A stretch of 40,948 nucleotides of DNA from contig JBOGJO010000403.1 in assembly GCA_050747885.1 (NCBI GenBank), positions 1 to 40,948 on the forward strand, read 5' to 3'. Under the pieces are notes generated by a model. That model worked only from the letters and a program-made list of their open reading frames with translations. It did no database searches and was not told the DNA's origin. Shown one piece after another: positions 21,117 through 29,722 of this stretch (position 1 is its first letter; each line of letters starts with the position of its first letter). Origin of the DNA: Thermoanaerobaculia bacterium. GTDB lineage: Bacteria > Acidobacteriota > Thermoanaerobaculia > UBA5066 > DATFVB01. The position numbers were made by a program, and so were the translations under genes.

Positions 21117-22133
21117 AAATGGAAGAGAGGACGTCATGAAGCACGAATGCGTGCACCAGCATTCACGGTTCGCGATCTTGCGCCGCATCTCGACCGCCTT
21201 CGGCGAAAACCACGCCTTTCGAAACGAATAATCGAAGTCGCGAATGTTGCCGACTTCCCACATCACCTCGCAGAGTGAAACGGTGCCTTCCGGGTTGAGC
21301 ACCCCGGAGACGCTCCCCGCATAGCACGGATAGACCATCCGCTCCTGTTCGAGCGTCGCGAGCTCCGCCGTCCGGGCGGCGACTTTCATCCGTTTCAAGA
21401 CCGGAGAATATCCTCCGAAGCGGTTCCAGTACGGCTTCAGGAAGACGAGGCTCTCGGCGTATTCCGCCGGCGAGAGCGCGCGGATCGTCGGGTCGGGAAA
21501 CGGCGGCCGAAGGAGCTCGAAGGAGTGAAAATCGATCTCGGGAAAATTTTCCGAGACCCATTCGGTGATCGCCGGAAGATCGTCCTTGTTGAAGGACGCC
21601 AGCACCGTCTGGACGTTCAGGGTGAAACCGCTCGACTTCCGCTTGAGGGCGGAAAGGCGCCGGTAGGTCTCGCCGACTTTGGGAAAATTGCCGGGCGCGC
21701 CGCGAATGACGTCGTGTTTCTCGTAAAGATGGTCGAGGGAGAGCCCGACGGTGAAGGTCTGCCGGTCGTCGGCGCGCGACTCGAGAACGCGGGCGACGAT
21801 CGATTCCACCTGTTCCGGGATCAGCGAGTTCGTCGGCATCGTGACGTTCGAGGCGTTGTGCCGGCGGTAAAGGATGCGGGTGATCGACGGCAGATCGCGA
21901 TTCAGCGTCGGCTCGCCGCCGGTCAGAACGATCGAGTACAACTCCCCGAGGTCCGCGAGCGAGCGGTCGTATTCCTCCAGCGAGAGCTCGAGGTGGCGGT
22001 TCACGTTCAGATGGTCCCAGTAGAAGCACGTGACGCATTTCGAGTTGCACAGGTTCGTCATCCCCAGGATCAGGTATCGCGGAAGGGTCTCCCGGCCCTG
22101 GACCCACTGAGCCGCCAGCCGTCCCCGGTTCAT
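21060..22133 (-). CDS. Radical SAM enzyme with a C-terminal SPASM/twitch-like Cys-rich auxiliary domain
   Basis: CX3CX2C motif in LILGMTNLCNSKCVTCFYW and a SAM-binding-like LTGGEPTL. C-terminal CYAGSVSGVLNPEGTVSLC fits the SPASM pattern CX9-15GX4C and is followed by ECWCTHSC. Its ATG overlaps the GT2 stop (ATGA). Confidence 0.8.
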   Translation of the reverse strand: MNRGRLAAQWVQGRETLPRYLILGMTNLCNSKCVTCFYWDHLNVNRHLELSLEEYDRSLADLGELYSIVLTGGEPTLNRDLPSITRILYRRHNASNVTMPTNSLIPEQVESIVARVLESRADDRQTFTVGLSLDHLYEKHDVIRGAPGNFPKVGETYRRLSALKRKSSGFTLNVQTVLASFNKDDLPAITEWVSENFPEIDFHSFELLRPPFPDPTIRALSPAEYAESLVFLKPYWNRFGGYSPVLKRMKVAARTAELATLEQERMVYPCYAGSVSGVLNPEGTVSLCEVMWEVGNIRDFDYSFRKAWFSPKAVEMRRKIANRECWCTHSCFMTSSLPFSWKGAAHLAREALLPARG

Positions 22134-23140
22134 GAGATGGCTTTCGCGGCGGGACCCGCCGACGAGCGGTTATGGTGGCCGGGTGCCCTCACGAGGGCCG
22201 AGAAGAGGCCGGCCACCGTGGCGGCCCAATAGTTTCCGTGGTGCACGGCGAAACCAAAGGGCGCCAACGGAAACAGCACGGGATCCCTCCGCCAGATGGG
22301 AAAGGAGAAGGCCCAGACGCCGATCGCATAGAGGCCTCCTGCGAGCGCGACGAACCGGGGTCCGAGAAAGACCGTCGAGGCCGCCGCCGCGAGACCCGCG
22401 GCGAGGAATCCGTAGATGAGCCCCTTCGGCAGCGACGAGGGCTTCTCGACCAGAAGGCGTCCGGTCTTCCAACGGTAGCGCCATCGCTGCCGCAGGAAGG
22501 CCCACGGGAAGCGCCGCCGGTCGTGGAAGACGACGAGATCCGGCTGGAGCGACGGCTCTTCCCCGGCCGCCATCGCGCGCCCGATGAAGTCGGTATCCTC
22601 GCCGATGTATCCGAGGCTCTCGTCGAATCCGCCGAGGGCGTCGAAGAGAGACCGTTCGACGACGAGATTGCACAGAGACAGGTCGGAGGCCCGGCGGATC
22701 AGCCCCCGGCGAGGCGATCGCTCGTGAGCGGCGACTCCGGACCCGATCACGGGCGTGGCGAGCAACAGGTCCGAGATCCGTTCCGGGATCGTCGATCCGG
22801 GCGGGAGGAGGTCGCGGCCCCCGAAGATCCTGTCGATCTTCGCCGTTTCGGCGGCCTTCGAGACCCAGTCCGGAGCCGCCCGGGCGTCGTCGTCGAGAAA
22901 TGCCAGAGCGTCGCCCGCGGCGAAGTCGGCCGCCCGGTTCCGCCTGAGCGCCGGATTCCGCTCGGAGCAACGGACCCAGCCCACCAGGAGCCCGGGAACC
23001 GTGGGAGGCTCCGCCGCGGAGGCGACGAGGACTTCAAACGGCGGCGCGTCGGCCTGCGATTGAAGCGACCGCAGGCAGGCGTGCAGCTCCGGGCCCGTCC
23101 GGTCCGAGGCGATGATCACGGAAATCGCGGGCTTCGCCAC
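22130..23140 (-). CDS. Family 2 glycosyltransferase with C-terminal transmembrane segments
   Basis: GTG start at 23140 (VAKPAISVIIASDRTGPELHACLRSLQSQ). DxD region AFLDDDA, GEDTDF, then hydrophobic helices (GLIYGFLAAGLAAAASTVFLG..., YAIGVWAFSFPIW). The N-terminal 330 aa of the 670-aa track ORF are antisense to the E1-alpha gene and were discarded. Confidence 0.75.
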   Translation of the reverse strand: MAKPAISVIIASDRTGPELHACLRSLQSQADAPPFEVLVASAAEPPTVPGLLVGWVRCSERNPALRRNRAADFAAGDALAFLDDDARAAPDWVSKAAETAKIDRIFGGRDLLPPGSTIPERISDLLLATPVIGSGVAAHERSPRRGLIRRASDLSLCNLVVERSLFDALGGFDESLGYIGEDTDFIGRAMAAGEEPSLQPDLVVFHDRRRFPWAFLRQRWRYRWKTGRLLVEKPSSLPKGLIYGFLAAGLAAAASTVFLGPRFVALAGGLYAIGVWAFSFPIWRRDPVLFPLAPFGFAVHHGNYWAATVAGLFSALVRAPGHHNRSSAGPAAKAIS

Positions 23141-23150
23141 GCCGTCATCA

Positions 23151-23178
23151 TAGACGGAAACGGGCGTCTGGATATAAT
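23151..23178 (+). promoter_or_regulatory. Putative sigma-70 promoter of the 2-oxoacid dehydrogenase operon
   Basis: TAGACG-16 nt-TATAAT (perfect -10 at 23173-23178) in the 54-nt divergent gap. GGAGGGGG lies just before ATG 23195. Confidence 0.5.
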
Positions 23179-23194
23179 CGCAAACGGAGGGGGA

Positions 23195-24214
23195 ATGAGC
23201 CAACTCACGCAGCCTCAGCGGTTGGAGATGTACCGGTTCATGAGGATGAACCGCATCGTGGAGGAACGGCTCGTCAACCTCTACCGGCAGGGCAAGATCG
23301 TCGGCGGGCTCTACCGGTCGCTCGGACAGGAAGCAACATCGGTCGGAAGCGCGTTCGCGCTCGAGCCGGGGGACATTCTGAGCCCCCTGATCCGGAACCT
23401 CGGATCCGTTCTGGTCCGGGGCTTTGCTCCGCGAGATCTCTTCGCTCAATACCTGGCTCGCGGGACGTCTCCCTCCCGAGGGAAGGACGGAACGCTTCAT
23501 TTCGCGTCGCTCGAACGCGGCGTGATCGGCCCCATTTCGATGCTCGGTGAGCTGGTTCCCATCATGGCGGGCGTCGCCCTGGCGGCCCGAATGCAGCGAA
23601 AGAAGATCGTGTGCCTCACCTACATCGGCGACGGCGCGACTTCCACGGGACCGTTCCACGAAGGAATGAATTTCGCCGCCGTCCAGAAGCTCCCTCTCGT
23701 CGTCGTCGGGGAGAACAACCACTGGGCGTATTCGACCCCGATTACACGCCAGATGGCGTGCAACAGCCTTTCCGACCGTGCAAAAGCGTACGGAATTCCC
23801 AGCGCGACCGTCGACGGAAACGACGTGGAAGCCGTTCATTCCGCAACCCGGGAAGCCGTGGCGCGCGCGCGCGACGGCGGAGGCGTGACCTTCCTCGAAG
23901 CCGTCACCTACCGGATGAAGGGTCACGCGGAGCACGACGCTCAGGAATACGTCGATCCGCGGGAGTTGGACGCCTGGAGGAAGAAAGACCCCATCGACCG
24001 TTACCGGGCTCAACTCATCGCGGACGCGGTCGCGACCGAGGGGGGCCTCCGGCAGATCGACGACGAGGTCGCCGCCGGGGTGGACGAAGACCTGCGATCC
24101 GCGGAATCGGCTCCATTTCCCGAGCCGAGCGAAGCGCTGCACGGAGTTTACGCCGAGCGGCCGGCCGAGGATGCGAGGTCGATGCTCCGGCTCGCGGACG
24201 GCGCCGCGAAATGA
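23195..24214 (+). CDS. 2-oxoacid (pyruvate/branched-chain/acetoin type) dehydrogenase E1 component, alpha subunit (TPP-dependent)
   Basis: MYRFMRMNRIVEERLVNLYRQGKI.GG, the TPP-binding region YIGDGATSTGPFHEGMNFAA...LPLVVVGENNHWAYSTP and YRMKGHAEHD. The specific substrate cannot be decided from sequence alone. Confidence 0.88.
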   Translation: MSQLTQPQRLEMYRFMRMNRIVEERLVNLYRQGKIVGGLYRSLGQEATSVGSAFALEPGDILSPLIRNLGSVLVRGFAPRDLFAQYLARGTSPSRGKDGTLHFASLERGVIGPISMLGELVPIMAGVALAARMQRKKIVCLTYIGDGATSTGPFHEGMNFAAVQKLPLVVVGENNHWAYSTPITRQMACNSLSDRAKAYGIPSATVDGNDVEAVHSATREAVARARDGGGVTFLEAVTYRMKGHAEHDAQEYVDPRELDAWRKKDPIDRYRAQLIADAVATEGGLRQIDDEVAAGVDEDLRSAESAPFPEPSEALHGVYAERPAEDARSMLRLADGAAK

Positions 24215-25218
24215 GCGTCGCGCCCTTCCCCGCCGACACCGAGACTCGCGGAACGACTTATCTGGACGCCATTCACGACGCGCTCTGGGAGGAGATGGAG
24301 CGGGACGAACGCGTCTTCATCCTCGGGGAGGACGTCGGGATTTACGGCGGCGCGTTCCGAGTGACGGCCGGAATGGCGCGGCGTTTCGGGACCGAGAGAG
24401 TTCTCGACACTCCGATCTCCGAGGATGCGATCGTGGGAGCGGCGATCGGCGCCGCGTTGATGGGGCTGCGGCCCGTCGCGGAAATGCAGTTCATGGACTT
24501 CATCGCCTGCGCGTTCGACCCCATCACGAACTTCGCGGCCAAGTCGCGATACCGAACGGGCCTCGGAGTCCCGATCGTCATTCGGGGCCCGTCCGGCGGA
24601 GGCGTCCATGGCGGTCCGTTCCATTCGCAGAATCCGGAGGCGTATTTCACGCACACCCCGGGCCTCAAGGTCGTCCAGCCGGCCACCGCCCGCGATGCCA
24701 AGGGCTTGCTCAAGGCCGCGATCCGCGACGACGATCCGGTGATTTTTTTCGAGCACAAATTCCTTTACCGGCGGGTGCGCGAGGAGATTCCCGCGGACGA
24801 CTATGTGGTTCCCATCGGCAAGGCGCGGATCGCCCGTCCGGGGCGAGACCTTTCCATCATCACCTACGGGGCCATGGTCTGGACCGCGCTGGAGGCCGCC
24901 CGGCAGCTCGAAACCGAGGGAATCGATTGCGAAGTGATCGACCTTCGGACTCTCCTGCCGCTCGACGACGAAACCGTTTTCGAGTCCGTGGGAAGGACGA
25001 GCAAGGCGCTTGTCCTGCACGAAGACACGCTCACCGGCGGCGTCGGCGCGGAAATTTCCGCAAGACTCGCCGAAAAATGTTTCGAGAAACTCGACGGCCC
25101 GGTCCTTCGCGTGACCGCGCCCGACACCCCTGTTCCGTTTTCGCCCCCGATGGAGGAGTTTTTTCTCCCCAACGCGGACAAGGTTGCTCGTGCGGCTCGC
25201 GCGTTGGCGGGCTACTGA
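24211..25218 (+). CDS. 2-oxoacid dehydrogenase E1 component, beta subunit
   Basis: ATG overlaps the E1-alpha stop (ATGA). VFILGEDVGIYGGAFRVTAGM, RVLDTPISEDAIVGAAIGAALMGLRPVAEMQFMDF, VIFFEHK and VLHEDTLTGGVGAEI are typical transketolase-like E1-beta motifs. Confidence 0.9.
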   Translation: MSVAPFPADTETRGTTYLDAIHDALWEEMERDERVFILGEDVGIYGGAFRVTAGMARRFGTERVLDTPISEDAIVGAAIGAALMGLRPVAEMQFMDFIACAFDPITNFAAKSRYRTGLGVPIVIRGPSGGGVHGGPFHSQNPEAYFTHTPGLKVVQPATARDAKGLLKAAIRDDDPVIFFEHKFLYRRVREEIPADDYVVPIGKARIARPGRDLSIITYGAMVWTALEAARQLETEGIDCEVIDLRTLLPLDDETVFESVGRTSKALVLHEDTLTGGVGAEISARLAEKCFEKLDGPVLRVTAPDTPVPFSPPMEEFFLPNADKVARAARALAGY

Positions 25219-25238
25219 CGATCTGAGGAGGAGGACCG

Positions 25239-26609
25239 ATGGCCACCGATGTCATCATGCCGCAGATGGGCGAGTCGATCGCCGAGGGCACGATCACGAA
25301 ATGGATCAAGAACGTGGGGGATTCCGTCAGCCGGGACGAGCCGCTATTCGAGATCTCGACCGACAAGGTCGATGCCGAAATCCCGGCGCCGGCCGCGGGG
25401 ACCCTCGTCGAAATTCTCGTGCAGCCGGGCCAGACGGTCGGCGTCAACACCGTCGTCGGACGGATCGGCGAGGCGGGAGCCAGGCCCGCCGCTCCCGCTC
25501 CGGCACCCGCTCCGGCCCCGACGTCCGAGGCGCCGAAGAGCCCGGCGCCCCCGCCCGCGCCCACCCCGACGCCTGAAGCCCCGAAGGTCTCGCCCCCGGC
25601 GCCCCCGCCGCCCTCGACGTCCGCCGTAAGGTCGACCCCGCCGCCGTCCGTGCGCCCGGCCGAGCCCTCCCAACCATCCTCGTTCGAGGAGCGGATTCGA
25701 TCGAGGTCTTCGCCGCTCGTGCGCAGGATCGCCTCCGAAAACGAGGTGGCCATCGGCGAGGTCGAAGGGACGGGGATCGCCGGACGCGTGACCAAGAACG
25801 ACATCCTGTCCTTCATCGACAATCGAAAGGCCGCTCCCCGGCCCCGGTCCGCCCCGGAAGCGGCGGCGCCGGCCGCGCCGTCGGCGGGCTCCCGCCGGGC
25901 CGCGCGAGACGAAGCCGTGCCGATGTCGGTGATGCGGCGCAAGATCGCCGAGCGGATGGTGGAATCGCGCCGGACCTCGGCCCACGTCGCCACGGTGTTT
26001 TCGATCGACTACAGCGCGATCGACGGCGTTCGCCGCTCGAACAAGGATTCCTTCCTCGCGGCCAACGGCGTGAAGCTCACGTTCCTTCCCTTCATCTTTC
26101 AGGCCGTGACCGCCGCGCTCAAAAAGTTCCCGGATCTCAACGCCTCGATCGACGGCGAGGAGATCGTCTATCACCACGACGTTCACCTGGGAATGGCCGT
26201 CGCCCTCGACTGGGGCTTGATCGTTCCCGTCATCAAGAACGCCGACGAGAAATCCATCCTCGGGCTCGCCCGCGCCAGCCAGGACCTCGCCGAGCGCGCC
26301 CGGTCGAAGAAACTGAAACCGGAAGAGGTTTCCGGCGGCACTTTCACCATCACGAACCCCGGCGTTTACGGGTCTCTCTTTGGAACGCCGATCATCGTGC
26401 AGCCCCAGGTTGCGATCCTCGGAGTCGGAGCGATCGAGAAACGGCCGGTCGTCGTGACGGACTCGGCCGGGAACGACTCGATCGGAGTCCGCACGACGGG
26501 ATACCTGGCGCTCTCTTTCGACCACCGGCTGATCGACGGGGCGGTGGCGGACCAGTTCATGGCGGAGGTCAAGAAGACGCTGGAAGCCGGCAGCTTCTCG
26601 CTCTCCTGA
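25239..26609 (+). CDS. Dihydrolipoamide acyltransferase (E2): lipoyl domain, Ala/Pro linker, subunit-binding domain, catalytic domain
   Basis: Lipoyl-Lys context EISTDKVDAEIPAP. PSBD segment SPLVRRIASENEVAIGEVEGTGIAGRVTKNDI. Catalytic motif SFDHRLIDGA. GAGGAGGAGG RBS upstream. Confidence 0.92.
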   Translation: MATDVIMPQMGESIAEGTITKWIKNVGDSVSRDEPLFEISTDKVDAEIPAPAAGTLVEILVQPGQTVGVNTVVGRIGEAGARPAAPAPAPAPAPTSEAPKSPAPPPAPTPTPEAPKVSPPAPPPPSTSAVRSTPPPSVRPAEPSQPSSFEERIRSRSSPLVRRIASENEVAIGEVEGTGIAGRVTKNDILSFIDNRKAAPRPRSAPEAAAPAAPSAGSRRAARDEAVPMSVMRRKIAERMVESRRTSAHVATVFSIDYSAIDGVRRSNKDSFLAANGVKLTFLPFIFQAVTAALKKFPDLNASIDGEEIVYHHDVHLGMAVALDWGLIVPVIKNADEKSILGLARASQDLAERARSKKLKPEEVSGGTFTITNPGVYGSLFGTPIIVQPQVAILGVGAIEKRPVVVTDSAGNDSIGVRTTGYLALSFDHRLIDGAVADQFMAEVKKTLEAGSFSLS

Positions 26610-26614
26610 TCCGC

Positions 26615-27835
26615 GTGCCGGTGAAGCGAGTCCCGGCAACACTGTTGCTGGTTTCCCTGGCTGCTCGTCTGGCTGCCGCGGCTTCGCGCGGCTGGGGCTC
26701 GGTTCGGTTCGGTGATTCTCGGGCCTACATCGTTGCCGCCCGGAAGCTCGTTCAGAGCGGAACTTATCCGGCCAATACCGACGGGTTCTTCTTCCGGGCG
26801 CCCGGATATCCGTTCTTCCTCGCCGCCACGACGTTTGGCCACCCCGACTGGATTTTCCTCGACAAGCTGTGGAACGCGGCGCTCGGCGCCGGAGCGGTCC
26901 TCCTTCTCTGGGCGATCGCCCGGCGCGTGTTCGGGAGCGAAGGGCTGGCGCTCGCCGTCGGGGCCGTCGCCGCGGTCCACCCCGCTTTTCTCTTCTTCGG
27001 GTCGCAGGTCCAGAGCGAGCCTCTGTACGTTCTGCTCGCCCTTTTCTCCGGCTTCTTCCTGCTCGTCTGCGTCGACCGACCGTCGTCGGGAATGGGACTG
27101 CTCGCGGGAGGCGCTCTCGCGCTCGCCGCGCTCGTGAGGCCGTCGGCCCTCGCCCTCGCCCCGTTTCTGGCGGCCCCTCTGCTCGACCGGCGGTACCCCG
27201 CCCGGGTGCGCCGGGCTCTGGCGGGGTCGGCAGTGCTCGGTTTTTGCGCCGCGCTGAGCCCCTGGATGTTGCGAAATGCGATCGCGTTCAAGACCGTTTT
27301 GCCGGTCAACGACGAGGCCGGATTCACGTTCTATCAGGGCAACAGCGACTGGAACCTGCGCTTCTACCGGCTCGAGTCCCGCGAGGAATATCGGCGATTC
27401 GACCTCTCGGCCGCCTCGAAGTGGCGCTCCGCGATTCCCGGCCTCGACGACCCGAACCCGTCGCGGCGGTCCTTCGCGCTCGTTCGGGCGGCCCTTCGGT
27501 GGGCGCGCGCCCATCCCCGGGAGGAGGTGTGGGTCCTGTGGAAGAAGGTCGAGGACTGGCTCCGTCCGGGAGCCAGTCCTCTGGTTCGAAAACCATCCGT
27601 CGTCCTCGCCACGAGCGTCTATTACGGCGCGGGGTTTCTACTCTGCGCGATCGGTCTGGCCTCCGCTCGAAGGAAAGGAACGGCCCTCTTCTGCGTTTCG
27701 ATTCTGGGGGTGACGATGGCCATCCATGTGGCCTTTCTCGTTCTTCTCAGATATCGAATGGCCTCCTGGGACCCGATCCTCGTTCTCTATTCACCCGCCG
27801 GGGCGCTCGTCCTGTTCTCGAGGTTCCGCCGTTGA
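26615..27835 (+). CDS. Polytopic GT-C-type membrane glycosyltransferase (ArnT/PMT-like, family 39/83-like)
   Basis: About 10 hydrophobic helices. N-terminal pattern LLLVSLAARLAAA...GDSRAYI...FFFRAPGYPFFLA...LWNAALGAGAVLLLWAIARRVFG resembles ArnT/PMT_2 proteins. GTG start 5 nt after the E2 stop. Its stop overlaps the lipB start. Confidence 0.6.
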   Translation: MPVKRVPATLLLVSLAARLAAAASRGWGSVRFGDSRAYIVAARKLVQSGTYPANTDGFFFRAPGYPFFLAATTFGHPDWIFLDKLWNAALGAGAVLLLWAIARRVFGSEGLALAVGAVAAVHPAFLFFGSQVQSEPLYVLLALFSGFFLLVCVDRPSSGMGLLAGGALALAALVRPSALALAPFLAAPLLDRRYPARVRRALAGSAVLGFCAALSPWMLRNAIAFKTVLPVNDEAGFTFYQGNSDWNLRFYRLESREEYRRFDLSAASKWRSAIPGLDDPNPSRRSFALVRAALRWARAHPREEVWVLWKKVEDWLRPGASPLVRKPSVVLATSVYYGAGFLLCAIGLASARRKGTALFCVSILGVTMAIHVAFLVLLRYRMASWDPILVLYSPAGALVLFSRFRR

Positions 27836-28524
27836 AGACCGTGGAGCTCCGTCGCCTCGGGAGGATCGAATACGGGCGCGCTCTCGAGCTGCAAGCCGAG
27901 GCCGCGGAACGATGCCGCGTGACGGGCCGGGAGACGCTGTTTCTCCTCGAGCACGATCCCGTCTTTACGCTCGGACGTAACGCCGATCCGGGCGAGATTC
28001 TGTTCACCCCGCAGAGACGATCGCAGCTCGGAATCGCCCTCTACGAAACGGACCGGGGTGGAAAGGCCACGTACCACGGGCCCGGGCAGCTCGTCGGCTA
28101 TCCCATCCTCGACCTGTCGCCCGATCGGCGAGACGTGAAAAGGTACGTGCGGGATCTCGAGGAGGCGATCATCCTCACGCTCGCCGAATTCGGCATCGTG
28201 GGAGAACGCAGCCCCTTGAAGGAACGAGTCACCTCCGTATGGGTCGGGAACGACAAAATCGCGGCAATCGGCGTCCACATCTCCCGATGGATCACGACCC
28301 ACGGCTTTGCTTTGAACGTGACGACGAACCTCGATCACTTCCTCGGGATCATCCCGTGCGGCATCACCGACGGGGGCGTGACGTCGATTCAGCGCGTCTC
28401 GGGCCGGGCCGTCGAAGTCGCGGAAGCCGGCGGGATTTTCGAAAAGCATTTCAGCCGTGTCTTCGGCCGCTCCCTCGAGGAGGCGGGCTCCCCGGTCAGG
28501 GCACCATCCGGCGGACCGTCTTGA
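27832..28524 (+). CDS. lipB: Octanoyltransferase (lipoyl(octanoyl) transferase)
   Basis: An in-frame TTG at 27832 overlaps the preceding stop (TTGA). LEHDPVFTLGRNA, TDRGGKATYHGPGQLVGYPILDL and KIAAIGVHISRWITTHGFALNV (catalytic Lys context) are hallmark LipB motifs. Confidence 0.88.
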   Translation: MKTVELRRLGRIEYGRALELQAEAAERCRVTGRETLFLLEHDPVFTLGRNADPGEILFTPQRRSQLGIALYETDRGGKATYHGPGQLVGYPILDLSPDRRDVKRYVRDLEEAIILTLAEFGIVGERSPLKERVTSVWVGNDKIAAIGVHISRWITTHGFALNVTTNLDHFLGIIPCGITDGGVTSIQRVSGRAVEVAEAGGIFEKHFSRVFGRSLEEAGSPVRAPSGGPS

Positions 28525-28960
28525 CTTGCGCATAGCGCTCCGCGACGTGAGGGTCGTACGGCTTGTGCCTCGGATTGGCCTCCACGTCGCGGTATTCGGC
28601 GTCGCAGCGGTAACAAATCGTCACGGGCCCGATCCGCCACGCAAGGACCCAGTCGACGAGCACGGTCGCCAGGAGGACGGGCGTGAAGTAGATCCACCCG
28701 TACTTCCACCCCACCACAAACGCCAGCGCGAGCGACGCGGCCATGATTGCGCAGCCGATCCGCTGGTCGAAGTCCCTCTGGACGAAGAACGCCCGGTTGC
28801 CGCAGAACCCGCACCGGTCGACGCGGTTCGTGGAAAGCTCGGCGGGGCTCGGATCGAGCCTCCACGGCAATCCGCACTTGAGGCAGGCCCCGGAAGCCGT
28901 GAGCGCCTGCGTGAGATCCACCCGCCGCAGACAACCGGAACAGTACCTTCGGATTCTCAC
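28496..28960 (-). CDS. Uncharacterised membrane protein with four CxxC motifs flanking two TM helices
   Basis: GTG at 28960 overlaps the upstream stop (GTGA). Sequence: CSGC...CLKC...CGFC, then IGCAIMAASLALAFVVGW / IYFTPVLLATVLVDWVLAW, then CYRC. Its 3' end overlaps the convergent lipB by 29 nt. Confidence 0.55.
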   Translation of the reverse strand: MRIRRYCSGCLRRVDLTQALTASGACLKCGLPWRLDPSPAELSTNRVDRCGFCGNRAFFVQRDFDQRIGCAIMAASLALAFVVGWKYGWIYFTPVLLATVLVDWVLAWRIGPVTICYRCDAEYRDVEANPRHKPYDPHVAERYAQVKTVRRMVP

Positions 28961-29709
28961 GCCGGGAATCCCGTCGCGACCGTGAGGTAGGCCGACAGCA
29001 GCTCTCCGACGAGGACGAACACGAGGGCGACGTAAAGCAAACCCGTCGCCGCCTGGTTCGATCGCATCTTCGAGGTCTGGAAAATGAAATAAGCGAGCGC
29101 GAGAGGGCCGACGATCCCCCAGAGGATCCGAAACAGAAAGAAGAGCCCCTCCCGGTCGACGGACGTGAGCGCTTCCCACGCGGCGGGGTTCGGGCGCAAC
29201 GCCGCGGCCACGGCCAGGTAGACGCAGCGGGCCGCGCACGCCGCACCGTAGGAAACCGCGGCTCGAAAGAGGAGCGACATCGGGAGCGACCGCGAAACGA
29301 GATACCAGTGTCCGAGGTTCATCGTGAGCAGGACGGTCCCGAACAGGAGGGATCCAAGCACGGCGCCGGTCGAGATCCATCCGGCGCGGGCAGGGTCGAT
29401 CTGCCGGCAGATCAAGGCCAGGACCGCATACTGCCCCGCCGCGGCGGCGATCAGCAAACCGCGCGCAACCCTCATCCGGCCGACTCGCGAGAGAAGGGTA
29501 TACGCCGTCAGCAGCAAGAGGGCCGCGGCTCGAGGGGCCGCCGCCTCCCGCGGCGACAGTGCCGCCGACAGGGCCAGGGCCGAAAGGGCGATCAACCCGT
29601 GAAGCGCGAAGAACCCCCGCCCGAGAATCCGAGTGGGATAAAAGACGAGCAGAAGAGAAACTCCGGCGGAAATCTCCACCAGGAAAAGGCCCAGGGAGCG
29701 GATGACCAT
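28957..29709 (-). CDS. Uncharacterised polytopic (about 8 TM) membrane protein
   Basis: 250 aa and almost entirely hydrophobic helices (e.g. GAVLGSLLFGTVLLTMNLGHWYLV, GLFFLFRILWGIVGPLALAYFIF). Starts 13 nt after the DUF4340-like gene on the same strand. No family recognised. Confidence 0.55.
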   Translation of the reverse strand: MVIRSLGLFLVEISAGVSLLLVFYPTRILGRGFFALHGLIALSALALSAALSPREAAAPRAAALLLLTAYTLLSRVGRMRVARGLLIAAAAGQYAVLALICRQIDPARAGWISTGAVLGSLLFGTVLLTMNLGHWYLVSRSLPMSLLFRAAVSYGAACAARCVYLAVAAALRPNPAAWEALTSVDREGLFFLFRILWGIVGPLALAYFIFQTSKMRSNQAATGLLYVALVFVLVGELLSAYLTVATGFPA

Positions 29710-29722
29710 CGGTCCGGCGATT

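Noticed and set aside
23141-24142. N-terminal 330 aa of the 670-aa minus-strand ORF, as an extension of the GT2 gene
   Set aside because: This part is antisense to the well-supported E1-alpha gene and has no domain features. The GT2 domain starts right at GTG 23140. The N-terminal parts of track ORFs 8628-10406, 10346-11782, 22172-24214, 23611-25218 and 26869-28524 were trimmed for the same reason.
25480-25690. Ala/Pro-rich repetitive DNA (APAPAPAP..., PPAPTPTPEAP...) as a possible repeat element
   Set aside because: It encodes the normal flexible linker between the lipoyl and subunit-binding domains of E2.
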